64,000 nt of DNA from an uncultured Candidatus Saccharibacteria bacterium (GCA_964576615.1 CAZNUU010000001.1:31309-95308), one strand, 5' to 3'. Counted from the first letter of the stretch, positions 37,954 through 47,633 are shown. Notes: generated by a model from the sequence alone, not told the origin. Made by a program: numbers and translations.

Positions 37954-39033
37954 CTAAATCCCCTCACTTTTTAAACTGTCGATAATCTTTTTGGCTTCTT
38001 TTGATAGTTTCTTGGGAATAAGTATGTTTAGCCTAATTAGCAAATCACCCCGATGACTTTTCTCTAGGGGGACTCCCTTGCCTTTAACCCTTAGTGTCTC
38101 CCCAATTGACACTCCTTCCGGAATTTTCACACTAATTTTCCCATCTAAAGTCTCGATAGTTCTCTCTGCTCCCAGGAGGGCCTCTGTAAGCTTTACTCCA
38201 AGTTCCATTACCAGATTACTGCCTTCCTTTCGCATAAATGGGTGCTTCTTTACATAAACTCTTACATATAGATCACCTGGCTGACCACCTGGAACTGCTT
38301 CACCCACTCCTGAAAGTCTCATCATCTCGCCATTTTCTATGCCTGGCGGTATTTTAATTTTTATGGCGGATTCTTTTTTTAATACTCCCCTGCCGTGACA
38401 AGTATGGCACTTAACTTTCGGAATTTTGCCTGAGCCCATACAAGTCTCACAGGTAGTTGTAGTTTCAAATTGCCCAAAAAAAGTCTTCTTAACTTCTCGC
38501 AATGTTCCCTTGCCATTACAAGTAGTACAGGTAACAGTCTCAGTTCCTGGCTCAGCTCCAGAGCCAGCACATGTGTCACATTTGGAGACTTTATTAAGAA
38601 GCACCTCTCTTTCTGTGCCAAAAATCGACTCCTCAAACGAAAGTTCTATGTCAATTGAAATATCTCGCCCACGCTTTGCCTCTTTTCTCCTGCCTCCACT
38701 AAAAACATCCGAAAAAATATCACCAAAATCAAATTCAAAACCTTGGCCATTACCTTGGGTAAATTGAGAAAAATCAAATCCTCCAAAACCATTCCCGAAG
38801 CCGGAGTTACCAGCCCCACCGCCAAAGGTTCGACCATAGGAGTCGTATTCTGCACGTTTTTTATCATCAGAGAGTACTGAATATGCCTCGTTTATTTCCT
38901 TAAATTTCTCTGCATCACCTGATTTTTTGTCTGGATGATATTTATGAGCCAAATTTCTGAAAGCTTTTTTTATTTCATCCTTGGGAGCCTTTTTGTCTAC
39001 GCCCAGTATTTGATAGTAGTCCTTGCCTGACAT
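37954..39033 (-). CDS. dnaJ: Chaperone DnaJ
   Basis: J-domain with HPD (KDYYQILGVDKKAPKDEIKKAFRNLAHKYHPDK). G/F region. Four CxxCxGxG zinc-finger repeats. Confidence 0.9.
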   Translation of the reverse strand: MSGKDYYQILGVDKKAPKDEIKKAFRNLAHKYHPDKKSGDAEKFKEINEAYSVLSDDKKRAEYDSYGRTFGGGAGNSGFGNGFGGFDFSQFTQGNGQGFEFDFGDIFSDVFSGGRRKEAKRGRDISIDIELSFEESIFGTEREVLLNKVSKCDTCAGSGAEPGTETVTCTTCNGKGTLREVKKTFFGQFETTTTCETCMGSGKIPKVKCHTCHGRGVLKKESAIKIKIPPGIENGEMMRLSGVGEAVPGGQPGDLYVRVYVKKHPFMRKEGSNLVMELGVKLTEALLGAERTIETLDGKISVKIPEGVSIGETLRVKGKGVPLEKSHRGDLLIRLNILIPKKLSKEAKKIIDSLKSEGI

Positions 39034-39114
39034 AAATTTATTATAAGACTTTTTGAGTCAGTGTGTACTTGACTAAAATACTTTTTATGTTAGACTTTGG
39101 ATAGGAGGATTTTC

Positions 39115-39339
39115 ATGGGTGAGAGCATCTCAGAGTGGGGCGACCGAATGCAGGCAGTCTGGGCAGGCTTACCGGGTTTCGAGAGACGAGCAATTCTCTT
39201 TCGGGCGGCAGTGAGAAACCATCACTGGTTACCCGAAGAAATCTCAGAAATGGCCATGCCATGGTCACTCGTCGATCTCACGGTGAAGCTGGGTGAGCGA
39301 TTCAGCGGCGTCGTATACGAAGCGCTTGCTGGGAAGTAA
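39115..39339 (+). CDS. Hypothetical small protein P1 (GC-rich 4-gene cassette)
   Basis: AGGAGG 6 nt upstream of the ATG at 39115. GC-rich. No recognisable motif. Confidence 0.35.
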   Translation: MGESISEWGDRMQAVWAGLPGFERRAILFRAAVRNHHWLPEEISEMAMPWSLVDLTVKLGERFSGVVYEALAGK

Positions 39340-39411
39340 CCGAGAGCAGCCGGGTGGGCAACCACTCGGCTGAATTGTTTTTGTATGATAAAGTTCACCT
39401 GGAGGGACGAG

Positions 39412-39687
39412 ATGTCCAAGCAAAATGACTGGGAAGCTGCGACTCGGAGTGCAAGAACTCTTACGAAGTCGCTCTCGGAATGCGCTAATGAGGCAGTGGT
39501 AGCTCTTATCTTGGGAACTCTTGTTGTCAGAATTCGCAAAATCTGCGGGAGAAAACTCGTCGACAAGATGATCAGAGAAAAACAAAGGACGGCAGAGGCA
39601 GTAGCTACAGGCCTCTGCTTCATCTGTGAGAAGAATCGAGTTGCCCGCAAGGGTGACATTTGTAAGAGCTGCAATAAGAAGTTCTAA
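39412..39687 (+). CDS. Hypothetical small protein P2 with C-terminal CxxC...CxxC zinc-ribbon
   Basis: GGAGG upstream of the ATG at 39412. Hydrophobic segment AVVALILGTLVV. C-terminal CFICEK...CKSC. Confidence 0.35.
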   Translation: MSKQNDWEAATRSARTLTKSLSECANEAVVALILGTLVVRIRKICGRKLVDKMIREKQRTAEAVATGLCFICEKNRVARKGDICKSCNKKF

Positions 39688-39748
39688 CTACCGGCAGGAG
39701 ACCCTCGCCGGTTTCCTGTTTCTGAGGTATTGTTTGGATGGAGGCTTT

Positions 39749-39979
39749 ATGAAATTTGAACGCTGCTTGGAGTGTGGAGGTATTTCCACGACGACGATCC
39801 TTGTTTCGAAGGGGCCGCTTCTGCGGTCGCAGGGAGCATCGTGCAGTGAGCATGTAGATGCGGTAGCACAGCGTCTGGAGCGTAGTCTCAATTCGCCTGC
39901 TCCCGTGCCGAAACGGCCAAGTTTCTTGTCACGTCTCTTCGGAGCATTCGGACTGGAGGCGCTGGATGGGTCATTCTGA
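39749..39979 (+). CDS. Hypothetical small protein P3 with N-terminal CxxC motif
   Basis: GGAGG upstream of the ATG at 39749. N-terminal MKFERCLECGG...CSEH. Confidence 0.3.
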   Translation: MKFERCLECGGISTTTILVSKGPLLRSQGASCSEHVDAVAQRLERSLNSPAPVPKRPSFLSRLFGAFGLEALDGSF

Positions 39980-40256
39980 CTCAAGACTAGAGCTACGTTG
40001 GCCAGTGCAAGTGCTGGGTCATGATGACACAGTTGTTCGGGAAGTTGGACGATTTCGCAACCCGCGCGAGGCATTCGATTTCCTACAGAGAGTACCTGGC
40101 CTTGTCCAGATTGTGGGAGTGAGAGGTAACGACTCCCCAATCAGTGCAAGATTTAGGTATACCCCTACCGGAGTCGAAGCACGCATTGGGCGACAATGTC
40201 ATATCCGAACATTACGTGCTACCACTGCTGCACTGCAAAGAGCCCTCGAAAAATGA
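39966..40256 (+). CDS. Hypothetical small protein P4
   Basis: Start overlaps the P3 stop (translational coupling). A hairpin gccctcga...tcgagggc spans its stop codon and is followed by a T-tract. Confidence 0.3.
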   Translation: MGHSDSRLELRWPVQVLGHDDTVVREVGRFRNPREAFDFLQRVPGLVQIVGVRGNDSPISARFRYTPTGVEARIGRQCHIRTLRATTAALQRALEK

Positions 40257-40276
40257 ACATCGAGGGCTCTAAACTT

Positions 40277-42178
40277 TTATTTGTTATCCTCTGGTTTTTT
40301 TTCTTCAAAGTCGGCATCCCGCACATTTCCATCTTGTTTACTTTCTTCCTTTGGTGGAGTTTGGTTTTGTTGAGCAGTCCTATTTATAATTTCTCCTATC
40401 TTTTGTAATTCAGCTGAAAGCGCCTGGGTCGCAGATTTAATGGAATCCATACCATCTCCATCCTTCGCCTTTTTGAGGTCAACAATTTTACTTTCGATTG
40501 ATGCTTTTAGATCAGCCGGAACCTTATCCCCTGCCTCCGTGAGTGATTTTTCTGAAGTGTAGATTAGTTGTTCTGCAATGTTTTTAGCTTCAACCAAATC
40601 TTTTTTCTTAGCATCATCCTGCGCATGGGCCTCTGCATCTTTTTGCATTTTCTCAATGTCTTCTTTGGAAAGAGATGAGCGAGCCTCGATTCTTATAGAT
40701 TGCTCTTTATTCGTCGCCTTGTCTTTTGCTTTTACAGCCAGAATCCCGTTAGCATCCACATCAAATGTTACTTCTACCTGAGGCATGCCTCGTGGAGATG
40801 GTGGGATACCATCCAAGATGAACCTGCCCAGAGATTTGTTATCACCGGCCATCGCTCTTTCCCCTTGAACAATATGAATCTCAACCGATGTTTGGTTATC
40901 TGCTGCGGTTGAGAAAACCTGAGATCGTGAAGCTGGGATCGTAGTGTTTTTATCAATTAATTTTGTGGCAACCCCGCCCATAGTTTCAATTCCAAGAGAA
41001 AGTGGAATTACATCCAAAAGCAAGACGTCTTTGACGTCACCGGAGAGGATTCCACCTTGAATTGCGGCGCCTAAGGCCACCACTTCATCCGGGTTAATTG
41101 ATTTGTTTGGTTCTTTGCCAAAATACTCCTTAACTTTTTCTTGGATTTTTGGCATCCGGGTCTGTCCACCAACCAAGATCACCTCATTAATTTGAGAAGT
41201 AGAGAAGCCGGATGATTCCAGTGCTCTTTTGGTTATAGACATCGCTCGATCAATCAAATCCCCCGCTAATTCCTCAAGTTTAGCGCGGCTTATCTTTATA
41301 AGAAGGTGACGTGGGCCAGAACTATCTGACGTAATAAACGGAATGTTTACCTCAGTTTCCATAGCCGTAGAAAGTTCAATTTTGGCCTTTTCAGCCGCTT
41401 CATCCAGTCTCTGGAGAGCCAATGTATCACTACGAAGATCTATTCCAGATTCCTTTTTAAATTCATCAGCCAAGTAATTTATGATTTTCTGGTCGATATC
41501 CTTTCCTCCCAAGTGGCTATCTCCATCAGTCGATTTAACTTCAATAACGGAATCTCCAACCTCTAGAATTGAGATGTCGAATGTCCCACCACCAAAGTCG
41601 AAGACAGCTATCTTCTCTTCTTTCTTGCCTTTATCAAAACCATAAGCCAAAGCAGCGGCTGTTGGTTCATTTATGATTCGAAGAACATTCAATCCCGCAA
41701 TTTGACCTGCGTCCTTTGTCGCCTGTCTTTGGGAGTCGTTAAAATATGCGGGAACTGTGATAATTGCATCTGTTACTTTGCCCCCCAGCTTTGCCTCTGC
41801 GTCAGTTTTTAGTTTAGAGAGAATCATTGCAGATACCTCCTCCGGAGAATAATCTTTGTCTGCAATTTTAATTGAGACACCGCCCTTTGCTGATTTACTT
41901 ACCTCAAAAGGGACAATAGCCTTGTCTTTCTGCACAGGCTCGTCATCAAAGTTATGACCAATGAATCTTTTAATCCCGAAGACAGTATTTTTTGCATTTG
42001 TTACTGCTTGTCTTTTGGCGAGAAGACCGACAAGTCTTTCGCCTGTTTTAGAGACAGCAACAATTGAGGGTGTAGTTCTCGCACCCTCTGAATTTTCTAA
42101 TATCTTCGGCTGTCCGGCTTCCATAACCGCGACTGCCGAGAATGTTGTACCTAAGTCTATTCCTATTGTTTTTGACAT
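40277..42178 (-). CDS. dnaK: Chaperone DnaK (Hsp70)
   Basis: [22 protein letters not shown] and other Hsp70 signatures. 633 aa. Confidence 0.95.
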   Translation of the reverse strand: MSKTIGIDLGTTFSAVAVMEAGQPKILENSEGARTTPSIVAVSKTGERLVGLLAKRQAVTNAKNTVFGIKRFIGHNFDDEPVQKDKAIVPFEVSKSAKGGVSIKIADKDYSPEEVSAMILSKLKTDAEAKLGGKVTDAIITVPAYFNDSQRQATKDAGQIAGLNVLRIINEPTAAALAYGFDKGKKEEKIAVFDFGGGTFDISILEVGDSVIEVKSTDGDSHLGGKDIDQKIINYLADEFKKESGIDLRSDTLALQRLDEAAEKAKIELSTAMETEVNIPFITSDSSGPRHLLIKISRAKLEELAGDLIDRAMSITKRALESSGFSTSQINEVILVGGQTRMPKIQEKVKEYFGKEPNKSINPDEVVALGAAIQGGILSGDVKDVLLLDVIPLSLGIETMGGVATKLIDKNTTIPASRSQVFSTAADNQTSVEIHIVQGERAMAGDNKSLGRFILDGIPPSPRGMPQVEVTFDVDANGILAVKAKDKATNKEQSIRIEARSSLSKEDIEKMQKDAEAHAQDDAKKKDLVEAKNIAEQLIYTSEKSLTEAGDKVPADLKASIESKIVDLKKAKDGDGMDSIKSATQALSAELQKIGEIINRTAQQNQTPPKEESKQDGNVRDADFEEKKPEDNK

Positions 42179-42232
42179 GATTTTATAATTGACAATTAGA
42201 TTTTAAATGGTAGCTTAACAGAAGGAGGTCTT

Positions 42233-42448
42233 ATGCAGGTGACGTGGGATGGTGACGCTCTTGTATTCGTTGCAACCGAGGAGGAGGATCAGGCTACTCT
42301 GAGAACTCTTGCGGCCCAATCTGAATTGAGGTTCATGGTCTCAAGGGTTGAAAAGGATCGATATGTACGTGACACCCTTGAGTGGACTGTTGAAGAGATC
42401 CAGATGAGTCCGCTCCAGCCTCCATCACCAAGAAGTAGACGAAAGTAA
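42233..42448 (+). CDS. Hypothetical small acidic protein (GC-rich cassette)
   Basis: AGGAGG upstream of the ATG. Terminator cgccgagaac/gttctcggcg plus TTT 6 nt after the stop. Confidence 0.3.
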   Translation: MQVTWDGDALVFVATEEEDQATLRTLAAQSELRFMVSRVEKDRYVRDTLEWTVEEIQMSPLQPPSPRSRRK

Positions 42449-42486
42449 GCACGCCGAGAACGCCACCAGTTCTCGGCGTTTCTCGT

Positions 42487-42783
42487 TTACAGAGTAGGTG
42501 CTCTGGGTTTAGAACCAGTAAAATCGTAAACTTTTATTTTTGCAAAAGCTGGTTGAGGATTAATTTTTAATAGGATCAAAACATTCTCGGAAACTTTTTT
42601 ATATAAACTAAATAGGAATTGTGTCACCTTACCTACAATTTGTTCCAGGATTGTAAGATCAACAAGTCTTGCTTTGAGTCTCCCCTCTCTCTCATATACA
42701 AAAAACTTAGCTCGGACTAATTTTCCTTTTTTATATGTGAATACTTTTTCAATTGTTTCGCCTCTTTGTTGTGATAGTTGCAT
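42487..42783 (-). CDS. Hypothetical protein (98 aa), translationally coupled to grpE
   Basis: AT-rich backbone composition. Start overlaps the grpE stop (ATGA). Confidence 0.4.
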   Translation of the reverse strand: MQLSQQRGETIEKVFTYKKGKLVRAKFFVYEREGRLKARLVDLTILEQIVGKVTQFLFSLYKKVSENVLILLKINPQPAFAKIKVYDFTGSKPRAPTL

Positions 42784-43379
42784 TATTTTTCGTAGTGTCC
42801 GACCCTAACTTTTGGGGGACGTATTTCCTTGCCATTTAATTCATAACCGAGTGATATGACATCCAGTATTTTACCCTCATCTCTGTCACTGTCAACTTTT
42901 TCCGTGCCAACAGCTTCGTCTCTTTTTGGATCGTATATTTCACCGATCGGGTTAATGACTTTGAGACCATGCTGAGACAGGATGCTATTTAGATGTGAGT
43001 GAATGTATTCTACTCCCCTGCGCCAATTCTGATCTACTTTTTCCCAAGCTTCCTTATTTTTAAACGCTGACTCAAAAGCATCCAGAACAGGTAGAAGTTC
43101 AGAAATAATATCTGCCTTTGCAAATTTTAGAAACTCCTGTCTTGCTTCGTCATCTTTTTTACGAGCATTGATAAAATCAGCTTTATCCCTCTGCCAAGAA
43201 TCCAATAGCTTCCCATTCTTCTCTTCCAGTTCTTTTATTTTTGCTTTTAACTTTGCAATCTTTTGATTGTGGTCTGCACCGGTAACTTCAGTGTTTTCTT
43301 CAAAAACAACATCATCACCTGGATCAGTATCCAATTCTTCTTCATTTTTTAAATCTTTATTGTCTTTATCTTTATTCAT
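42783..43379 (-). CDS. grpE: Nucleotide exchange factor GrpE
   Basis: Acidic N-terminus and coiled coil. C-terminal GrpE beta domain (ILDVISLGYELNGKEIRPPKVRV). Confidence 0.8.
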   Translation of the reverse strand: MNKDKDNKDLKNEEELDTDPGDDVVFEENTEVTGADHNQKIAKLKAKIKELEEKNGKLLDSWQRDKADFINARKKDDEARQEFLKFAKADIISELLPVLDAFESAFKNKEAWEKVDQNWRRGVEYIHSHLNSILSQHGLKVINPIGEIYDPKRDEAVGTEKVDSDRDEGKILDVISLGYELNGKEIRPPKVRVGHYEK

Positions 43380-43463
43380 TTTGACACATTATAACAAAAG
43401 TGGTTTGGGCCAGTTATTGACAGATCGTATATATTATTATATTTTATCCCGGGAGGTTGTGTG

Positions 43464-43697
43464 ATGATCGCTAACGAAGTAGTACGCGAAGTGACGCAAA
43501 GAGTCTTTTTCTCGTTGCTGGGCGTCGGCTGTGCGGGGTTGGTAGTCGCCACGGCCATCATCCTGTCCAAGATTGAAAGGGCTCGCGACAGTGTCCTGAA
43601 GGCCATATTCGAGTCTGACCCCACTCACTCCAGGCTCACAGATGCGGATCGCTGGATGAAATGGCGGAAGTTCCGGGAGGAAGTCCTTAAGACCTGA
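43464..43697 (+). CDS. Hypothetical small membrane protein (GC-rich cassette)
   Basis: GGGAGG 7 nt upstream of the ATG at 43464. One TM helix (FFSLLGVGCAGLVVATAIIL). Hairpin terminator at 43701-43727. Confidence 0.35.
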   Translation: MIANEVVREVTQRVFFSLLGVGCAGLVVATAIILSKIERARDSVLKAIFESDPTHSRLTDADRWMKWRKFREEVLKT

Positions 43698-43871
43698 CCG
43701 GAGGCAGAAGATGCCTCCGGTCTTCTGCGTTATTGATTATCGTTTACTCCAATTAGGTGCGCGAGAGTCCATCCAGGCTCTCGCTTCTGGGAAACCCACG
43801 GTTTTCCCAATCCTTCCTCCACAGGAAAACACCCAGTTTTCCTGACACCTTTCTGCTCCGAAGTGGAGCAA

Positions 43872-44261
43872 TTACCTCTTGCTCCACTTCGGAGCCTTCC
43901 TAGCTTTCTTCAGACCGAATTTGCGTCTTTCTTTGGCTCGTGGATCTCGTTTTAAATGTCCTGCCTTCTTTAGAGTTTTTCGAAGAGTTGCATTGTGTTC
44001 TACCAGAGATCTAGCAATACCGTGTCTAAGCGCCTCAGATTGAGAGTGAATACCACCACCGGAAACTTTTACGGAAACACTAAACTTGCCCTCTACTTCT
44101 GAAAAGGGTTGCTTTACGATATTTTGCATTTCTGCACCCTGAAAATAAGTTTCCAAATCCTTACCATTTATTACAAATGTAGTCTTTGAAGCAGGAGTCA
44201 TTCTTACTCGTGCAACCGATGTTTTTCTTCGTCCTATTCCTTCTATGTATTTTTCTGTCAT
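43872..44261 (-). CDS. rpsI: 30S ribosomal protein S9
   Basis: C-terminal ...RKKFGLKKARKAPKWSKR. 129 aa. Confidence 0.9.
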   Translation of the reverse strand: MTEKYIEGIGRRKTSVARVRMTPASKTTFVINGKDLETYFQGAEMQNIVKQPFSEVEGKFSVSVKVSGGGIHSQSEALRHGIARSLVEHNATLRKTLKKAGHLKRDPRAKERRKFGLKKARKAPKWSKR

Positions 44262-44264
44262 ATA

Positions 44265-44624
44265 TTATTCTGAAATTATTAGGTTCTTGATCATTTGGTG
44301 ACGGAGCTTGTTTTTTGGGAGCATACCCCAAACAGCCTCTTTGAAAGCTTCTTTTGTACCTTTTTTCTCAATTACCTGAGCGAGCGTAGGTTTCCGTAGA
44401 CCCCCAGGATATCCAGAGTATATCGCATAAGTTTTTTGCGCCTTCTTTTTTTCAGAAATTGATGCTTTGGCAGCGTTTTTTATCTCAACTGTTATTTGTG
44501 GAGTCTTGTTTCTAGCAAACTCTTTTAAGTTTTTACCCATAAGCAAAACCGCAGCTTCAGTAGCTACTCGTCCAACTTTTTTATTTTGTGCATCAATTGT
44601 GTATTTCATATTAAACGAGTTCAA
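44265..44624 (-). CDS. rplM: 50S ribosomal protein L13
   Basis: GRVATEAAVLLMGK and GMLPKN motifs. Sits upstream of rpsI as in the conserved rplM-rpsI pair. Confidence 0.75.
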   Translation of the reverse strand: MNSFNMKYTIDAQNKKVGRVATEAAVLLMGKNLKEFARNKTPQITVEIKNAAKASISEKKKAQKTYAIYSGYPGGLRKPTLAQVIEKKGTKEAFKEAVWGMLPKNKLRHQMIKNLIISE

Positions 44625-44958
44625 TTACAGCCATTGGGCTTCCGTCAGAAATTCTTTCTTGAAACTTGGTAATTCGTGTATACCCTCCTGCTCTCTTTAC
44701 ATAATTTGGAGAAATATCTTTGATGATTTTATCTGCGGCAATACTGCCCACTTTAGAGATTAAGTCCCTTCTAGCTGAAACTGATTCTGATTTACCGAGA
44801 GTGATAAGCTTCTCCACAAAAGGTCTTAGTTCTTTAGCTTTCGCTTCAGTTGTCATAATTTTACCCTTTGTAACAAATGCCAACGCTAAAGACTTCATAA
44901 GTCCAGATCTTACTTTTCTAATTCTGCCAAACTTTCTGTGAGCTTTAGCGTGTCGCAT
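44611..44958 (-). CDS. rplQ: 50S ribosomal protein L17
   Basis: MRHAKAHRKFGR...TTEAKAKELRPFVEKLITLGK. Confidence 0.85.
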   Translation of the reverse strand: MRHAKAHRKFGRIRKVRSGLMKSLALAFVTKGKIMTTEAKAKELRPFVEKLITLGKSESVSARRDLISKVGSIAADKIIKDISPNYVKRAGGYTRITKFQERISDGSPMAVIELV

Positions 44959-44960
44959 GA

Positions 44961-45914
44961 TTATTTAAGTGTGATACCGAAGGTAGAGAGGACTTCTTTT
45001 ATCTCTGAAAGTCCTTTAGCTCCCAAACCTTCAATCTCTAGAATATCTTTCTCTTTCTTTCGAGCGAGGCCGCCGACAGTTCTAATATTTGCATTAGAGA
45101 GAGCATTCAGAGTCCTAGCGGAAAGATTAAGGGTCTCAATTCTGGTCTTAAGGGAGTCATCGTCCACCTCTGCTTTAGCCGCCATTCCCTCTTCCTTACC
45201 AGCAGGCATTAAGATTTCCTCTTCTTTAAAGCCAACGATAGCTTTTAGCTGATTTATCATTGTCTCTATTGATTTCTCCAAAGCTTCCTTGGGTGTAATT
45301 GTGCCGTCTGTTTCGATGAACATTTTTAGGCGGTTGAAATCAGTCCTATCGCCGACTCGCATGTTTTCAACCTCATAACTTACTCTTCGGATGGGAGTGA
45401 AAATTGCATCCAAAGTAATTTGTCCAATATCAACTCGGTTTTTTTCTATGACTTCTTTGGATACGAAGCCGAGACCTTTTTCGACTGTGATCTCCATATC
45501 AAGCTCAGCATTTTTGTCAGTAAGTGTTGCAATGTCTTGATCTGGATTAAGAATTTTTACGCCAGCGGATGTTTTAATATCGCTAGCCTTAACATCCTTT
45601 ACGCCTTTTACCTTTAAAGTCAGAGTTTGAGGTTCATCACCTACAACCGAGAGTCTGATTTTCTTTAGGTTAAGTAGAATTGTAATAGCGTCTTCTTTAA
45701 CTCCAGAAATTACAGAAAACTCATGTTGAATCCCAGAAATTTTAACACCAGTTACAGCCGCTCCAGGTAAAGAGGACAAGATTATGCGCCTTAGGGAATT
45801 ACCTAAGGTGTGGCCGTAACCAGGATATAGACCGTCAATCTCGTAAGAGCCTGAAAAGTCCATTTCTGATACAATTTTTGGTTTTGATGGCAATACAATT
45901 GTATAGTCAGACAT
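44961..45914 (-). CDS. rpoA: DNA-directed RNA polymerase subunit alpha
   Basis: GYGHTLGNSLRRIILSSLPGAAVT N-terminal domain and C-terminal alpha-CTD. Confidence 0.9.
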   Translation of the reverse strand: MSDYTIVLPSKPKIVSEMDFSGSYEIDGLYPGYGHTLGNSLRRIILSSLPGAAVTGVKISGIQHEFSVISGVKEDAITILLNLKKIRLSVVGDEPQTLTLKVKGVKDVKASDIKTSAGVKILNPDQDIATLTDKNAELDMEITVEKGLGFVSKEVIEKNRVDIGQITLDAIFTPIRRVSYEVENMRVGDRTDFNRLKMFIETDGTITPKEALEKSIETMINQLKAIVGFKEEEILMPAGKEEGMAAKAEVDDDSLKTRIETLNLSARTLNALSNANIRTVGGLARKKEKDILEIEGLGAKGLSEIKEVLSTFGITLK

Positions 45915-46047
45915 AGTAAATTGTTGTATTATTTATATAAAATAAGCTTGTAAATATTACACTAAAAAGCTAAAAGCTGCAAGGTTTTGAACCGTTTAAG
46001 CAACCAGTAGTCAGTACCAAAGAGTTTGGTACTAGCCACTGAACACT

Positions 46048-46689
46048 TTAACGACTGTAGAACTCAACTACTGTGTTAAGGTCGAACATATTTTCAGTCT
46101 TGTTATAAGTTGGAACACCTATAACTTCTGCTCCCCTCTTACTTGTGTCTAACTTGAGCCAAGACGGTAGAGAGGTAGTTGTATTTCTTTCATCCAGATC
46201 CTTAAACAGACCCTTGTTAAGAGATCTCCCTGTAATGCTTATTTTATCCCCAGTTCTTAAATGCATACTCGGGATAGTGACCCTCTTGCCATTTACTGAT
46301 ATGTGCCCGTGTGAGACTGCTTGCCTTGCGCCAGCCCGGGTAGGAGAAAAACCAAGTCGATAAACAATGTTGTCTAATCTTAATTCAAGTAAATTATAGA
46401 TTAACTCAACAGGATTGAGAGATTTTTTAGCTAGTGCAGTTTTTACGTAACCGGAAAATTGGCTCTCAGATAGGCCGTAAACGAACCTGGCTTTTTGCTT
46501 TTCATTCATCTGAATACCGAATTCAGACTTTGGCTTCATGCTTTTCTTACTCTTTTTTTCTAAATTAAGTGCATACTTTTGAGTTTGAGTTTTCTCAAAT
46601 ACTGGAGCACCTAACCTTCTTGCAATTTTAAATTTTGGTCCTATTTTCATATTTTTATACGCGTCTTGGTTTTTTTGGCTTTGGCCCAT
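46048..46689 (-). CDS. rpsD: 30S ribosomal protein S4
   Basis: S4 layout with C-terminal S4 RNA-binding domain (RLDNIVYRLGF...RQAVSHGHISVNGKRV). Confidence 0.85.
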   Translation of the reverse strand: MGQSQKNQDAYKNMKIGPKFKIARRLGAPVFEKTQTQKYALNLEKKSKKSMKPKSEFGIQMNEKQKARFVYGLSESQFSGYVKTALAKKSLNPVELIYNLLELRLDNIVYRLGFSPTRAGARQAVSHGHISVNGKRVTIPSMHLRTGDKISITGRSLNKGLFKDLDERNTTTSLPSWLKLDTSKRGAEVIGVPTYNKTENMFDLNTVVEFYSR

Positions 46690-47080
46690 TATGCGGGACT
46701 GGAGTCACATCTCTAATTGAGCTAATACTTATTCCCTTTGAAATAAAGCCTCTAATACTCGATTCCCTGCCTGAACCAACCCCCCTTACAACCACCGAAA
46801 CCTCTTTCATACCCATAGCAGTTGCCTTCGCGCCAACTATCTCGCCAACTTTCGCAGCTGCAAAAGGTGTACCTTTTTTTGCACCCTTAAAACCAATTGA
46901 GCCTGAAGATGATGTCCCTAGAACGTTTCCTCTTGTATCGGTTAGTACAACTTTAGTGTTGTTATAGGTAGACTGAACATACAATGTTCCTACGTCTACT
47001 TTCTTTTTTGAAACACTTGCAGAAACTACCTTTGTTTCTCCACCAGTGCCTCCTTCTGTAACTATACGTTTCTTTCCCAT
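46655..47080 (-). CDS. rpsK: 30S ribosomal protein S11
   Basis: TLYVQSTYNNTKVVLTD...GTPFAAAKVGE. Confidence 0.85.
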   Translation of the reverse strand: MGKKRIVTEGGTGGETKVVSASVSKKKVDVGTLYVQSTYNNTKVVLTDTRGNVLGTSSSGSIGFKGAKKGTPFAAAKVGEIVGAKATAMGMKEVSVVVRGVGSGRESSIRGFISKGISISSIRDVTPVPHNGPKPKKPRRV

Positions 47081-47098
47081 AAAATATTATTTCTATTG

Positions 47099-47476
47099 TT
47101 ATTTCTTCTCAGCTATCTTTCGGCCTGTACCCATAGTCTTTCTCGCCCCCCGTCTGGTTCTGGCGTTTGTTTTTGTCCTCTGACCCCTAGAAGGAAGTCC
47201 TCTCTGGTGCCGACTGCCACGGTAAGCCTTAATATCCTTTAACCTTTTTATATTGCCGGCTACTTCTCGCTTCAAATCTCCCTCAATTTTGTAAGTCTCA
47301 ACTACTTTTCTAATCGCATTTTCTTGCTCGACTGAGATTTCCTTTGGCCTTAGTCCATATGGAATTTTGGCTTTATCTAATATATCCTGAGCACGAGGTC
47401 TACCAATACCATAAAGAGTGGTTAAACCAATTTCAATTCTTTTCTCCTCAGGTAATGTGATTCCAAGTATTCTCAT
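47099..47476 (-). CDS. rpsM: 30S ribosomal protein S13
   Basis: [33 protein letters not shown]. Confidence 0.9.
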   Translation of the reverse strand: MRILGITLPEEKRIEIGLTTLYGIGRPRAQDILDKAKIPYGLRPKEISVEQENAIRKVVETYKIEGDLKREVAGNIKRLKDIKAYRGSRHQRGLPSRGQRTKTNARTRRGARKTMGTGRKIAEKK

Positions 47477-47487
47477 TTCATTTATTA

Positions 47488-47604
47488 TTATCCCTGTCTT
47501 TGTTTGTGTCTCGCGTTAGCACGACAGACAACATAAACATAGCCCTTTCGACGGACTATCTGACACTCCGAACATATTTTTTTTACTGATGATTTTACTT
47601 TCAT
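47488..47604 (-). CDS. rpmJ: 50S ribosomal protein L36 (38 aa; absent from ORF track)
   Basis: Hand translation of the minus strand gives [38 protein letters not shown], with the CxxC...C...H zinc-ribbon pattern. It sits between infA and rpsM as in the conserved cluster. Confidence 0.85.
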   Translation of the reverse strand: MKVKSSVKKICSECQIVRRKGYVYVVCRANARHKQRQG

Positions 47605-47633
47605 AAACAAAAAAAGCCCAAAACTACAAAAAA

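Noticed and set aside
39222-40140. Minus-strand ORFs (39222..39674, 39265..39585, 39620..39853, 39688..40140) across the four-gene cassette
   Set aside because: Antisense shadows of the SD-bearing plus-strand P1-P4 genes in high-GC DNA.
39034-40276. Integron-like cassette interpretation (attC sites) for the stop-overlapping hairpins
   Set aside because: No GTTRRRY core sites and no intI. The cassettes are dispersed rather than tandem, so they were treated as ordinary intrinsic terminators.
40578-42188. Short plus-strand ORFs inside dnaK
   Set aside because: Antisense to a highly conserved Hsp70 coding sequence.
44467-47080. Plus-strand ORFs 44467..44763, 44720..44941, 44938..45252, 46635..46967 etc. 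within the ribosomal protein cluster
   Set aside because: Antisense to conserved r-protein and rpoA genes. No start signals.
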